Assembly (NCBI GenBank): GCA_000002445.1
Contig: CP000067.1
Coordinates: forward strand, 1,440,001 to 1,504,000
Origin: Trypanosoma brucei
Taxonomy: Eukaryota
Reading direction: 5' to 3'
Length of the DNA stretch: 64,000 nt
This document shows, piece after piece, positions 11,142 to 23,700 of this stretch. The position numbers were made by a program, and so were the translations under genes. Position 1 is the first letter of the stretch; each line of letters opens with the position of its first letter. A model generated the notes under the pieces. The model was not told the DNA's origin. It did no database searches and worked only from the letters and a program-made list of their open reading frames with translations.

Positions 11142-13047
11142 TCTATCAGTGCAGTTTTGTGCAGATATAGGAGTCTACCTTGCATACTGATTAAAGAGGT
11201 TACAACCGAAGTAAGAAACAGAGAAATGGACGGCACAGGACTATGACAGCGAGTCATTCCTATATACAACCTGCCAACGGGGGAGGGGCGAGTGGAAACA
11301 GCTTCGGAAAGAAGAACCAGCCGCAATGACAGCGCCATGCACATAAACATGTATACAATGTGTAACGGATATGCACCATTATCTCTAGGTGTAGATAAGG
11401 GAGAAGTTTTAATATCGGTAACTTCCTGAGGGGGGGGATAACTCCCTTCGAAAAAAGTGCAACATGTAAATTAGATACACGTGTAATAGCAAGCAAGAGT
11501 AAACGACCCTGAACTGTGGCATCAAGCACAATTCCTTGCATTTGTTCGAGCCTACAGGTGTGACAAAGAGGTGAGGAGAGTGAGGAGCTCCCCGCCTTTT
11601 GTTTTGTTTGTTACGACCCACCGGCCCTCAACATACTCCAACGTTACACTGACGTAATATTGTTTGCCTGGTTCACTAGATAACAACGTTCAGAAGGTGT
11701 AAGAGACTTGTGCGCACCCCTTGCCGCTCCCATGCTCTGCTGATTTATCTAATGATTGAAACTGAATGCCTCTTTTTAGGCAACACTTGCCGTTACGAGC
11801 CCTAATTGCAGGGCGACCATTCGGAAACCCTTACACGCGGCCGCTGCACAATTCTGTGGGTGCTAACCATGCCCTTTACTATCGTTGCTTACCTTTATCC
11901 GAATACAAGTTAAACGTCTGCAAGTAGTGAAAGGGTGAGAATCAAATTGCCTGAAGAAATGTCTGTCGACCCCTGCCAACGGGTAACTCCTCACCGATGA
12001 ATTAAAGCATTTCTTCAAATTTCCATAGAAATATAAAGGTGATAAGTGATGGAAGTTAGCGAAGAAACGAACACACACATACACACAAAACAGCCGGCTC
12101 TCATTTGCTGGGCCAACATCACAAATAAGACAAACCCCTTCCTCAGCTGAAATGCTCTACCACCGCACGCGCTTAACGATCTACGAGAGAGAGAAATGGA
12201 TGGAGAAGCAAAGAATAACAACACATGCATATAAACAGGGACATATAAACAAAAACTACTGGTAAGATACCCGCTCAACCTTTGGTCTAAAAAAATAGAC
12301 CGCAGCACGTCACCTCGGGTGTGGGTGACTTTTCCTCAGACTTGTTTGGCCCCCTCGGACAGTTAGCCTCCGGGGGTGTATGAGCAGGTGGTACGTGGAA
12401 GACGTCGTTAAAACGTTCAGTCCACAACTTTGGGTCCGAGACAACTCTGCCCTCCGCAAACGAGCTGTTTTTAGATAAAGGGGGGATGCTTGAGTTACTC
12501 GGCAGCTGCAAACTAGGGAGACTCGAACGCCTTTGTATTATTCGCTCCCCTAACGTAGTTTTCTCCGTTGCAACCTGCATTTAATCTTACCTACGTCGGT
12601 ATATGCGTTTTGCTGCTGCGACCGATATTTGTCGAAGCACACAAACACGTATGACAAGCAGTGGAGAAGTGACGGAGAAGAGGCTACGTATCTCGTTAGC
12701 GAAGTTGATAAACAATTGACAGATTAATGATGGTAGCGGCAGCCAACCTTACGGAAAGAAAGGAAGTTGTGAGGACTCATGTCCTAACGCACGTCGATAA
12801 GAAAACATAATGCGCAACTTGGCGACTTGTATGACAAAAAATATACACGAACGGTAGCTGAAACCTTTCGTGGTGGGGCACCTCGACTCCGAAGAGGTAT
12901 CTACTGATGGATTGGGAAGTTGTAAAAAAGTAAAAAAAAATGTTACTGTCGTCTCCCTTTCGTCTGTCATTGGGAAGACGATAAACTTGTGATGACTCCT
13001 AAGGTTACGCTCTTGCGGAGTCGGGCGAAAACGAAGTCCGTATAACA

Positions 13048-15567
13048 CTATTGGCAACATTTGTTGCTATTGACCTTGGTTGCAGGGGGACGCCTCAAGT
13101 TTTCATTCTCACGCCTGAGTTCGTTAATTTCCTTCTGAGCATTGGCATTGCGTTCCTCAGCTTCCCTCTCCAAATCAATATACCTTCGCCTCAACTCTTC
13201 AAGCTCCTTCTGGAGAGTTGCTATTTTCTCACGTAGCTCCTCATTTTCTGTATTGATAGCTGTGACAGTCGACCGCAACTCAGCATTTTCGTCACTGTGC
13301 TCCTGCTTCAAAGGGGTACATGCCTTTTGTTCCTCTCGCAGCGAGCTCACTTCGTGCTTTAAATTTTCTATTGTCTTGTGGCTGGCCGTAAGTTCCGCCA
13401 GAAGACTCTTCAATTCATTCTCAGTGGCTTGCTGTGACTCTTTCCACCGAGCTTCCGCTTCTCGCCGTTCTTTCACCGTCCTAGTAAGTGTATCAACTTG
13501 CCTCTGGAGTTCCTCCTCCTTCCTTTTGTCACGACTGTAAGGGTCGACTTTTTCCCTTTTTAGTGACTCAGCAAGGGAAATGGCGGCCTGCTCCTTCTTT
13601 GTGCTTTCGCTTAGACGCGAACGCAGTTGCAAAATCTCATCCTGAAGCCGACCGACCTCAGCGGCACATGCCGCCTTTGCTCCATCGACATCTTCAGCAG
13701 TGTCTGGGCTCTTCTCTTTTGTTTCACCCTTGGTTGCATCCACAGCCTTATTTTGCGACATATACTTCTTGATGTCATCCGTCTGCCGTTTGCACTTCAC
13801 CTTCAGCCGTTCACACCATTCCTTCAGAGATGAAATTTCGTTTTCGGAAGACTCTTTTAGTGCCTTTAGCTCCTTGCGGGTTTCAATCGCTTCTTGTTTG
13901 TACTTCCTCGCCTCCCACCTCAGATGCTCCATTTCCTTTCCGTCGCCGGACGCTCCTTCCGACCTCACGGTTGCTTCGGAAACCGGTTGGCGTTTCGATG
14001 CCGCAGGGGGCTGCCCTTGAGATCGGTTCTTAAGTCCTTTGTTCTCAGAGATAATGCGCTGTATTTCCAGTTGCTGCTCGGCAGATTGCCTCTGAAGTTC
14101 TTCGAACTGATCGACCAACATGTTGTATTTAACAACAAAAGAACCCAGAGCCTCTCTGTCTTGTCCCGTGTTCCCCATTTCCGACCCGGAAGCGTTCATA
14201 TCGCCTGATACGCCTTCGAAAATGCCTTCAAATTCAGGGAGCAACTCGCCTTGCGACGCGCCAGATATCCTTCTGACATTGGACGAAAGCCTCGCATTCT
14301 CATTGTACAGTTCCTGCTGTCTGTCTTTCAAATCTTTGTTCTCTTCTTCAAGTGCTCTAATTTGTTCCGTTGCCATCTTTAGTTCATCCTTTACTTTCTG
14401 CATTGTCTGATTCCTTGTCTCCCTCTGCCTTAGCGTTCGAAGTTCCGCCTCCACTTCAGCTGTCTTTCTCTGCAACTCCTCTACACTTGCTTTGTACGTG
14501 TCTGCTCGTTTGGCAAACATCCGCTTCGCCTTAGCCTCATTGTCCGCTCGTTCCGACTCCACCCGAAACCTCATCTCCGCCTCTTGTTGAGCCTGTTTGA
14601 GGCTCTTCATTTCTCCCCTCAGCGCGAGGGCATCCTCTTGCGCCCGCTGCAACTTTGTCACAATATCACTTAAACGCTCCGGCCTGGACCTCGTTGAGGT
14701 TGCGACATCAGTCACTGGAGCTGTTGTAGTGGTAGCGGAGTTATTGGCGCCGGGAGGCTCATCCCCTCGAACGTGGGTTGTGCTCCCTTTGGGAGTAAGC
14801 TTGTCTCCAGAAGTTAAATGCACGTCAGCTGCCGTCGCCAGTGCCTGGGGAAACTTCCCCACCGCTGCGGTTGACGGTTTAGTCAATGCCTTCGACCCTG
14901 CCTCCGTTCCCGCTCTTTGCGGGCCTAATAGCTTTGTCACCGATTTGATATCTGCTGAAGCCCTCATCCGGTCACCAACGGTATCCCCACTGTCCGTACA
15001 AGTTCGATTGGCTATATCTGACGCCAGTGGTCTTTGCCCCCCGCGGTGTGAAAACTCGGTGCTGCTACGGTTGTTCAGGTTTTGGCTTGTTCTCTGTCTC
15101 TGACGGGCGGCAGCCTCTTCTACCCCACGCCGAATAGCTTCCTCCGCCTCCAGTCGTTCCCTCTCAATCTCCCTGGCCTCGCGCTGCAGCAGCTCAACTA
15201 TCTGTTCATCTGTCATGTGCTTGACCACCTCGGAACGCTCTACAGAACGTAAGCGCAACCAATCATCATGTTCAGCTCTTTCCATCTTCGACCGGGCCGC
15301 GCGCTCACGTTCGATTTGCATACAACGGACGACCCGCTGCTTCCGAAATAATTCGTCAGAGGTTTGTGCCTCGTCACGAACGCTCGAGCGACAGCTCACA
15401 CGACCACTGTGGCGAGAGTTAGGGCTGCTTGCGCGATCGGAAATAACCAAGCTGTGTCTATGGGAGTAGTCTACAATCTTCATAGAGCTATCTGGAGAAA
15501 CATTCAGCTCAACTACCGTTGAAGGACTAACAGCCATGAAATCTTCGACCTCCATATTCCCCTGCAA
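13048..15567 (-). CDS. Hypothetical coiled-coil protein, 839 aa
   Basis: It is a long ORF with E/K/R/Q/L-rich heptad-like sequence (e.g. ELEELRRRYIDLEREAEERNANAQKEINELRRENENLRR) and sits in polycistron context. Confidence 0.65.
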   Translation of the reverse strand: MQGNMEVEDFMAVSPSTVVELNVSPDSSMKIVDYSHRHSLVISDRASSPNSRHSGRVSCRSSVRDEAQTSDELFRKQRVVRCMQIERERAARSKMERAEHDDWLRLRSVERSEVVKHMTDEQIVELLQREAREIERERLEAEEAIRRGVEEAAARQRQRTSQNLNNRSSTEFSHRGGQRPLASDIANRTCTDSGDTVGDRMRASADIKSVTKLLGPQRAGTEAGSKALTKPSTAAVGKFPQALATAADVHLTSGDKLTPKGSTTHVRGDEPPGANNSATTTTAPVTDVATSTRSRPERLSDIVTKLQRAQEDALALRGEMKSLKQAQQEAEMRFRVESERADNEAKAKRMFAKRADTYKASVEELQRKTAEVEAELRTLRQRETRNQTMQKVKDELKMATEQIRALEEENKDLKDRQQELYNENARLSSNVRRISGASQGELLPEFEGIFEGVSGDMNASGSEMGNTGQDREALGSFVVKYNMLVDQFEELQRQSAEQQLEIQRIISENKGLKNRSQGQPPAASKRQPVSEATVRSEGASGDGKEMEHLRWEARKYKQEAIETRKELKALKESSENEISSLKEWCERLKVKCKRQTDDIKKYMSQNKAVDATKGETKEKSPDTAEDVDGAKAACAAEVGRLQDEILQLRSRLSESTKKEQAAISLAESLKREKVDPYSRDKRKEEELQRQVDTLTRTVKERREAEARWKESQQATENELKSLLAELTASHKTIENLKHEVSSLREEQKACTPLKQEHSDENAELRSTVTAINTENEELREKIATLQKELEELRRRYIDLEREAEERNANAQKEINELRRENENLRRPPATKVNSNKCCQ

Positions 15568-16392
15568 TGTCCTCAGCCTAACCCCAGCACTCCTTTAATG
15601 TTTCAGAAACCGTTTTTATCTCTCCTCTCACTGTCGCTCACTTGGCGGTGTACAATAACTGATGTGTCGAAAAAAGAAAAGGCCACCTTAACGATACGCT
15701 TCGTGTGCTCCACTTGTGGGGTTGTACCGCTGGCCAATGGAAAAGCTCAAAAGGTGGAGAAGACACAGCTGCCTCGCAATGGCAAAAATCACGTTAGTTT
15801 TCGATACTGGAAACTCGATAGTATATCCTGTGCGCCGCCGTACAACTTCCTCCGCACTGGGAAGATCAATGCACACGCTGCAAGCTAGAATCCTCGCAAG
15901 TTGTTCTGTCTGCTTGTTATACGATAAATACTTACAAAAAGTCGAAAACGGGGAATACTGAAAGGGATCGCAGATGAGAATTGTGAAAAAAAAAAACGTA
16001 TAGGACACACTCCGAGGCAAGCGAAGACTTCTAATCTGTAAGTTCCTCAGGTGAGCGACGACAGTGAAAAAGAAGGAAAATAACGCGGCACATTTTGCAC
16101 GGCAACCCTCGAGCCCCCAAGCATCTTTTTCTTCACTACGCTGGTAAGGCTACTACAACCCGCTAGCATCGTTGAGTTATCCGTCCGCTCGTTAAGTTGC
16201 TCACACTCACAACCACATAAACAAATAAACCTTTAAATACAACACAAACCCCCAACTACAGTAGTTGCAAAACCAAGACTCACACCTTCGTTGGATGCGC
16301 TGTACGAGCCAATGTGGATGGCGCTGCACAGGGCAAGGAAAACAAAATCGGTTGAAGGCCCCTACAACTTGCAGTCGAAGCGCCTCTAAGCT

Positions 16393-18429
16393 TTAAACTG
16401 CAGCAGAGGCAATATGGGCAAGTAAAGTGCTTCCTCCGACTATGCCATCTGCATGAACGCAAAACTTCACCTCTCCGTCACATGATGCCTTCACAACATG
16501 CTCCATTTTCATCGCCTCAAGTATAAGTATTGCCTGACCCTGCCGCACAAGCGTACCATCGGCAACGAGCAGCTTTGTGACCTTCCCAGGCATAGGGCTG
16601 AGCACGGACGCGGAGCCGTTGGCCTGAGCAGAAGTACTCCCAAAGTCTGTGGCCAGAGGTTGCAGGGCCAACGTGTAGAAACCCTGCGGCAGTGCTACAG
16701 TTACCTCGCTGTCGGTGACAAATGACGTGAAACCAAACCGTGTTTCTCCGTCCACCGTAACCCTAATGAAGGTAGAAGAATCCGGCATGTTGGTCGTGCT
16801 CTCAACATAGACTGTCACAGAACTGCTGTCAAAGTCGCAGGTGAAACACATCTTTGTGGAGACAGTGACACGAACGACAACAGGGTTTCCACCCACAGTA
16901 AAGCAGACACCCTGAAATATCTGGCGGTTCGGCCAAAACAACGTAGACGCGCCTCTTTGCGAGCAGAGATACGACACAGCCGCTAGTGCCAAAACATTAT
17001 TTGGGATTTCCCTTGGTTGGAGCAAATTAACGCTGTTATCTTCAATAAACCTAGTTGTCACGCCCCCCTCGACGAAGCCGGGGTTCGAGAGGCAGCGCTG
17101 AAGAAAGTCAATATTTGTCTCCACACCCACAATGTGATAAGAAGCCAGTGCCGTCCGCCGACCCTCGAGGGCGGCGGCGCGGTTGTCACCCCACACAACC
17201 AATTTTGCGATCATAGGATCGTAGTGAACTAACACGTCGTCACCGGCACGGAAACCCGTGTCCAAGTGCACCTTTACAGTACCTCGGTTGCCTTGGGGAG
17301 GCTCTTTAAGGTAACGTAGCCGGCCACCCACGGGAAGGAACCCATTCCTCGGCGATTCGGCGTAAATACGAGCCTCGACGCTGGCTCCGCTCATAGAAAT
17401 GTCCTCCTGACGGAATCCCAGAGGAAGGCCCATTGCCGTTTGCAACTGCAGCCGCACGAGATCCAATGGCCTCCCCCTCACCTGACACACCTGCTCCGTC
17501 ACCGGGTGTTCCACCTGAAGGCGAGTATTCATCTCCATGAAGAAAAATTCGTCTTTCTCAGTGTCAAATATGAACTCCACCGTACCGGCTCCGACGTATC
17601 CGACAGCCCTTGCTGCCGTCAAAGCTACGTCGCCGATTCGACGGCGCATGTCCACGCTGAGACCTGGCGCCGGGGCCTCTTCAATAACCTTCTGGTGGCG
17701 CCTTCGGACGCTGCAATCTCTCTCAAAGAAGAAAACACCATTGTCAAAACTATCGAAAAAAATTTGGCATTCAATGTGGCGGGGGTGCATTACGTATCAT
17801 TCCAAAATAACGCGATCATCCTTAAAGAAGTTAATGGCCTCACGCTTGGCGCTCTCAAGCATGAGGTGGAACTCAGTCTCTTCCATCACAATCTTCATCC
17901 CCTTTCCGCCACCGCCGGAAACAGCCTTGATCAGGACCGGAAAGCCAATAGTTTTGGCCTCATGTAACAGCCGATCGGGGTTTTGATCTTCTCCGTAGTA
18001 GCCAGGCACGATGGGCACACCAGCCGCTTCCACGATGCGCTTGCCCTCACTCTTGGAGCCCATTGACAACATGGCGGCCGGCGGTGGTCCTACAAACTTC
18101 AGCCCCGCTGCCAAAACCGCCGGAGCGAACTCAGCGTTTTCGGAAAGAAATCCGTAACCCGGGTGGGCAACGGCAGCTTGCAGTTTTTTCGCTGCGCATA
18201 TGATGCGGTCGCCTCGCAGATAGGACGTGGACGCTGGGGGTGGGCCCAAGACGAATGCCTCATCGGCCTCCACCACGTGCTTCGCGTTGTGTTCACCCTC
18301 ACAACAAACGGCTACCGTACGGATGTTCATTTCGCGACAGGTACGGAATACTCTGCACGCAATCTCTCCATGGTTGGCGACCAGGACTTTTTTAAAGTCT
18401 CCATGGTGGAACACGTTGTATCGGAGCAT
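16393..18429 (-). CDS. 3-methylcrotonyl-CoA carboxylase alpha subunit (biotin carboxylase plus biotinyl domain), interrupted by an in-frame TGA at 17797-17799. This is either a pseudogene or a sequence error.
   Basis: ORFs 17797-18612 and 16393-17790 are in the same frame (…DDRVILE*YVMHPRHIE…). The N-terminal part has KKVLVANRGEIACRV and the ATP-grasp motifs. The stop falls where other biotin carboxylases have Lys (human LIEKFVDTPRH), and ERDCSVRRRHQKVIEEAPAPG follows. The C-terminus has the biotinyl motif EAMKME. The probable start is the Met at 18429 (MLRYNVFHHGDFKK). Confidence 0.85.
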
Positions 18430-18620
18430 CCCCAGAAGAGTGATAACGACCAGAACAAGTGAATGCAATGTGGGGGATAGAAAAAAGTACAGAACAGCAC
18501 ACGAAGAGAACCCCCCTTGAGCCCAACTATCCCGATGATGCTTCAAGCGGAGTGGTTCACACCACTCGTCTTGTTGCAGAAGTTGGCTGTTTCCTTCCTC
18601 GGCCACATTCATTTCACTCC

Positions 18621-19774
18621 TTACTTAGGCAATTGAGAGAACGCGCTCTCTGTATGCGCATGGTCTTCCCCATCGATAATTGGAAGAACAGCCAAAAAAT
18701 GCTCAGCATCCCTTAGATCTCTCGCGAGTATGGCCGCCCGCTTCGCTAGCGCGTCCTGTTCCACCTCTCTCAAGAGGCGAGGAACGTTACCGCGGTGGTA
18801 CTTCTTCCCGTAAAAGGCCCGGCAGAGCGCCGACGCCTCCTCCACACCACATCGCGCCCGATCACCCCGCCACTCAAATGGATCAACAGGGAGCAGGCCA
18901 TCGCCCAACACGCTCACTTTTACATCGCGGGCAGAGTCTTTTATTGCTGGTGTGGTGGCTGGAACGATCAAGACGCGGGAGGACTTGCTGGTACTGCTCC
19001 CTAGCACCTCTTGGATAGCTGGATGTAGTGCTATAGAGTGGAGATCTTGAATTTCCCTCCGGGCTTTTCTAATGAGCCTCCATGTAATGGCATTATCAGC
19101 ATGCCACATGTGAATTACCAACCCTGATCCCACAACGATTACTACATCAGCTGCTCCAAAGATTCTTTCCGTGGTCTGCCTTCCCCCCGGGGAGACGCCT
19201 GTCTCTTCGTCAAATAACACCGCCAGCCGGTCGGGATCGTCCGCAATCACGAGCGAGGCAAGTGAGGTTCCTTTAGCGGTCGTGATGATGGCCTCAGCCT
19301 CTGTTTCAAGGCCATACATCTTCTGCAAGCTCCAAGCCCCACTTCCATCACCTGTCTCAAATGCATCAAAAGCTTCCGTCTCCCAACTGATGTCACCACC
19401 GAACCGTAAGTACTCGGTGCGCAGTGTGCGCTGCAGTGCACCCTCCGCGCAATGGTACACCGACTCACCATCTGCACAACCAGGAAAATACTGCCTTCCC
19501 TAATCGTCTCCAAGTCTGGCCCAACAAAACGCCAACCTTTAGCCTTTTGAAGAATCCTCTCGACCTTGGCATTAGTGCAGCCGAGGTCCCTTAGGAGTTT
19601 CAGTGTTTGGCTTGTAATCACGCAACGTCTCCTGTTGTTGAGCTCATGGCTGAGATCAAGCCGTTTCTCGACTAACTGGACATTAAACTCCCTCCACCGC
19701 ATGCCTATCCCCATCGCATACGCGCCTACACCGCTGCCAACGAGCAGGACCTTACCCCACGGTTTCACAGCGTA
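18621..19774 (-). CDS. FAD/NAD(P)-binding Rossmann-fold oxidoreductase (putative monooxygenase-like), apparently frameshifted near 19495
   Basis: ORF 19247-19966 contains MYAVKPWGKVLLVGSGVGAYAMGIGMRWREFNVQLVEKR, a GxGxxG beta-alpha-beta fold. It ends 3' of the point where the overlapping ORF 18621-19460 opens in a different frame. The upstream frame of that ORF reads GRQYFPGCADGES-VYHC… with no ATG; its annotated 'M' is GTG. Together the two give a single ~384-aa protein. The product assignment beyond the Rossmann fold is uncertain. Confidence 0.5.
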
Positions 19775-20069
19775 CATCACTACCCGTAACGACAAAAAGA
19801 ACGAAAGGGACAACACATAAGCACGCGCACATATATGCACATACATGAACATTATCAAGCGGAATTGGGCAACAGGAAGTATTTGCGCCACCTCGTTTCG
19901 GAAAAGGATACACGACAACAACACAATTATCCTGCCATCCCCAAGTCTCCCATTTCCACAAGGCAAAACGAATGCTCAGAAAGAAATTTAAAGCAAAAGA
20001 AACATCTCCCAGCCAGCTACCACCGCACAGCCTGCATCATCTGCCATAGCAATTTCCACAGCTCCTCTA

Positions 20070-20429
20070 TCAAGATCTGATCTCTTGCACGACAATCAAA
20101 ACATACTGCTTGTCTACGTCTGGTGCTATCAGTATTTCGGTCAACCCGAGACCCATACGAAGGAAGGTTAGGTCATCCTTCCAGTCAATAGTACGGATGG
20201 TGGAGGCTGCCAACGCTGTGAAGCCATTTATTTTATCTGCATACTTTTTGACTTTCCGTTCATCTGATGAAAAACCTGAATACCTCATAACTCGCCCATC
20301 TGCAGGGTTCAGCACAAGATATCCAACAACACCCTCATGCTTGGCGATGCGGAGCAGTACTTCCTCCACAGATTTGATTCGCCGCTCACGCTCGTTGGTA
20401 GTTGATGCGTTAAATTCCATTCGCTTCAC
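20070..20429 (-). CDS. Dynein light chain roadblock-type (Roadblock/LC7)
   Basis: The 119-aa ORF aligns with DYNLRB1: EEVLLRIAKHEGVVGYLVLNPADG, and DLTFLRMGLGLTEILIAPDVDKQYVLIVVQE matches [29 protein letters not shown]. An alternative start is the Met at 20420. Confidence 0.85.
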   Translation of the reverse strand: MKRMEFNASTTNERERRIKSVEEVLLRIAKHEGVVGYLVLNPADGRVMRYSGFSSDERKVKKYADKINGFTALAASTIRTIDWKDDLTFLRMGLGLTEILIAPDVDKQYVLIVVQEIRS

Positions 20430-20754
20430 AGCACCACTACTTTCCAGCTAAAGCAACAACAACAACAATTACTTTAAAAAAAAAAAGAAAGCGCTTGTGC
20501 AGAAGATAGAAGTTAGTAGCACACGGGTAAGCACACAGGCCACAATTGCAAGGCCCTAGTGGGGCAAATTTTTCTGATGACGTTAGTTCACTGATAGTAT
20601 ATGCTCTAAAATACATGAACCACCGTGTCACGAAATGGAGCGCAACTCTCTAGTTTCCAACTTGCTACATAATACTTCCTTCTGCCACTTGTCCGAATAA
20701 CGCCGACTTCTGCCTCACTTGCCCCCCCTCGCCAGTGTCAGCAGGGCACCGCCA

Positions 20755-23700
20755 TCATCTGGCGGTCCTCCTCGTAACAACAGCAAATGAGGGAAATGTG
20801 GCCTCACGCAAGCGATCTACCTCGTTTTTAAGGCGAACAAGTTCCTCTTGCTGGCAGCGAGCCAACTCCTCAAGTTCACTATTCTCGTATAGTTCCCTCA
20901 TCCTCTCACGGAGACGATCTTTATCATTGTTGTGTTCCCCAAGCATACCCCATACAGCTTTCTTATCCTCAACGCTGTTTGTCAGAGCTTGGACTTGGTT
21001 GTTCAGGTACTGGTTCTCCGCGCGTCTGTCGTTAATTTGCATTTTTAGCTTTGATATGACCCGGTTACGCTCCTCAACCTTCTTTGACATGACACTTCGA
21101 ACAGCCTCGATTCGTGCATCCATCTTGTTTATTTCCCTTTCGAGAGACGTTACAGCGCCGGTATGGATGGTCTCCTGCATCTGCCGAGTCACTCTTAATG
21201 TGTGCAACTGCCGTAATTCCATTTCTAGCGTTCCAATGCAGTATAACAGACGTTCTGTTTCCCAAGAGCATGTTTTCATAGACTGCCGAAGTTGTGATGA
21301 ACGACTCATAAGGGATCGTATTTCGTCAAAGCTAGCGAAGATAAGGTCGTTGTAATCTGTAATGTTCTTCACCCATCGAATGGAGAAGTCGGTGAAATCA
21401 TCGCTCACCATAGCGTTCTCATCCTGCACCTGTCCTTGCTGCAGCGTGTATAAGTTTTGTATGTCGAGTACCTTCTCTATGACTTCTTTTCTACATGCCT
21501 CCTCGGCCTTTTCCTTGTCGTCAAGTGCAAACTGTGCCTTCTTTTTTTCCGTCTCAACCTCCACCACTTCATCATTGAGTGCGTCTGCTTCGCCTCTAAG
21601 GTGAATTATTTTATCCCTTGCCTCCACGACTGCCCTACAGCACTGGCAGTACTGTTCCCATAGTGGAATAGGAACCACACCCGAGCGAGTGGGTTCCGGG
21701 ACCTTAGCTAGGCCATCCTCGTACTTGGAACGCCAAGTCGTGAAGCGCCTGTTCAGTCTCTCTCCCCAATCCGGATCTGTGAATGGGGGCAAACAGCGCA
21801 TGTCCGTAATCATGTTCTTTTCTTCTTCAATGCAGTCCTGCACCCTCGCCTCCGAGGCCAAATACAATTTCAGGCGGTACTCGTAAAGACTATCCAATTG
21901 CCTCAACCGGCACAGAAGGTCCTCCTCCTCTCGCTTGACACCCAGAAACTTATTGCGGATCGTTTTCTTGAGTAGAAACAGACACAGCGCATTCACCTGG
22001 TGTAGCTCCAGCTCGTCCACGAGTTGAGCGACTAGCATACGGTCAGTTCTTAGCACGTCAATCTCATCATCTATTGCTTTCGCAGAAGTCATGTTAGCTT
22101 TCACCAATGCTGCAACTTCCCCTCGCAGTAACTCTTTCTTCTCATTGATCAACACAGTTTGTTCTGCAACCTCTTTTTCATACTCCTCAAATATTCTCTG
22201 TTGCTCATCACTCCGCTCTTCAGGCGGTACATATTGCTCGAGTGAGTTGTCAGCGAATGGGGGAATCGGCACGTTGACGCGAAGAACCTCGGTGACTTTC
22301 TCGAGGCCATCCATCCAGGTCTTTAAAGCAGCTTCATCGGAAGGGGAAACTACAAGCTCCCCATCGTCACTTTTGACGGCTAGTTTGAGGAGTTCAGGGT
22401 CAATCTCAGAGTCAAAAACCTCAAAGACAGTTTGGGGGTCTTCCTCTATATCAAAAACAGGAGTGAATAAAACATTTGGTGGACACGTGTGCTCTCCCAG
22501 CTGCTGCATGATGCGAACGCAACGTCCGTTCCTTTCCGCAATGAGATTCAGCTCTCGGCTCTTGCGCTCCCGCAAGGTGTCAAACCGGATGTTGAATGAC
22601 TTTTTTTCGTGAAGAATTTTACATTCTAGCAAAATCAACTGTATGGTCGCGCGAGGGCCGGTGTAGACGTCCAAAGTGTCATAAAGCAATTCGTCTACAT
22701 CACTGGGGGGCCCGCAAACCTGCTGCTCCGTGCATAAGTTCCCCTCCTTAGCCCTTTTAACTAGTGATGACAACGTAAAGCACTCCTCAGTCTTTATCTG
22801 TATAGCCCTCATCAGTTTGATTTTTTTCTGTATTTTTGCTCGTTGGGCACAAGGTTTTCGCAGATGGAAGTTGTGAACTTCCGTTTCGGGATCTGTCATG
22901 CTCACGATTTTCGAGCGTTGCACCTCCATGACGTCCCAACATTCAGTTTTGATCGTGTGTTGCACGAACTCATTGTGAACCAGGCTGTAGTAGTCATCCT
23001 CCCTTGCCTTGTGGATCTCCATCTCACATTCCTCGTTAAACGCTTGTCGTTGTTCAGGCAAAAGGAAGTCTTCTGCGCGCACAGTTGGGGTCCTTTCCTG
23101 GAGCAGCTTCTCTACTTCCATCCTCAGGTCGGCCAGAGCCGATATTATACGGCAGCGCGACCGTTCTGCTGAAAGTGTTTCAGCATCACTTGGAGAACTT
23201 GCACGACTCGGTGATGTTGAGATAGCTCTTTGGTGCCAGAAGGGTTCACTCCATGAATAGTGGATAGGTGATTTCCCAACGGGAACTAAATGAACAACAC
23301 TATCGTTTCCTCCACAGACAAACCCTCCGGCAGCATTCCACACCGAGAGGCACGTAATACCGCCCCTACCAAATGGTCGTAACAAAAATTCCTTAAGTGG
23401 GTGTTTCTTTTCTTTCGTCGGTGGCACAGGAGGTAATTTCATCAAGTAGTGTGAGATATCCCTTACAACTACTCTGCCATCTCCTCCTGCGGAAATGATG
23501 CTATCCCCTCCAAGACGCTGCAGCACATTGCCACCGCATTCATGATCACGCATAAGGAAGTAAGGCCTCAGGGGCTTACTCTCCTTTACTCGCTGCCGCT
23601 CCAGGGCGTACATCTTGGTGTCTTTGTCCACCGAGTGGACGAAGATGTTGATCACATCGCCGTCACCGTAGAGAGGCAGAAAGTCGTTAACCGGGAAGTC

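Noticed and set aside
17797-17799. The TGA in MCC alpha read as a selenocysteine codon
   Set aside because: Biotin carboxylases have Lys or Arg at this position. MCC is not a known selenoprotein, and no SECIS-like context is evident. Pseudogene or base error is far more likely.
19458-19460. The annotated 'M' start of ORF 18621-19460
   Set aside because: The codon is GTG, not ATG, so the ORF caller evidently allows alternative starts. Starts in the track were therefore re-checked against the sequence rather than trusted.
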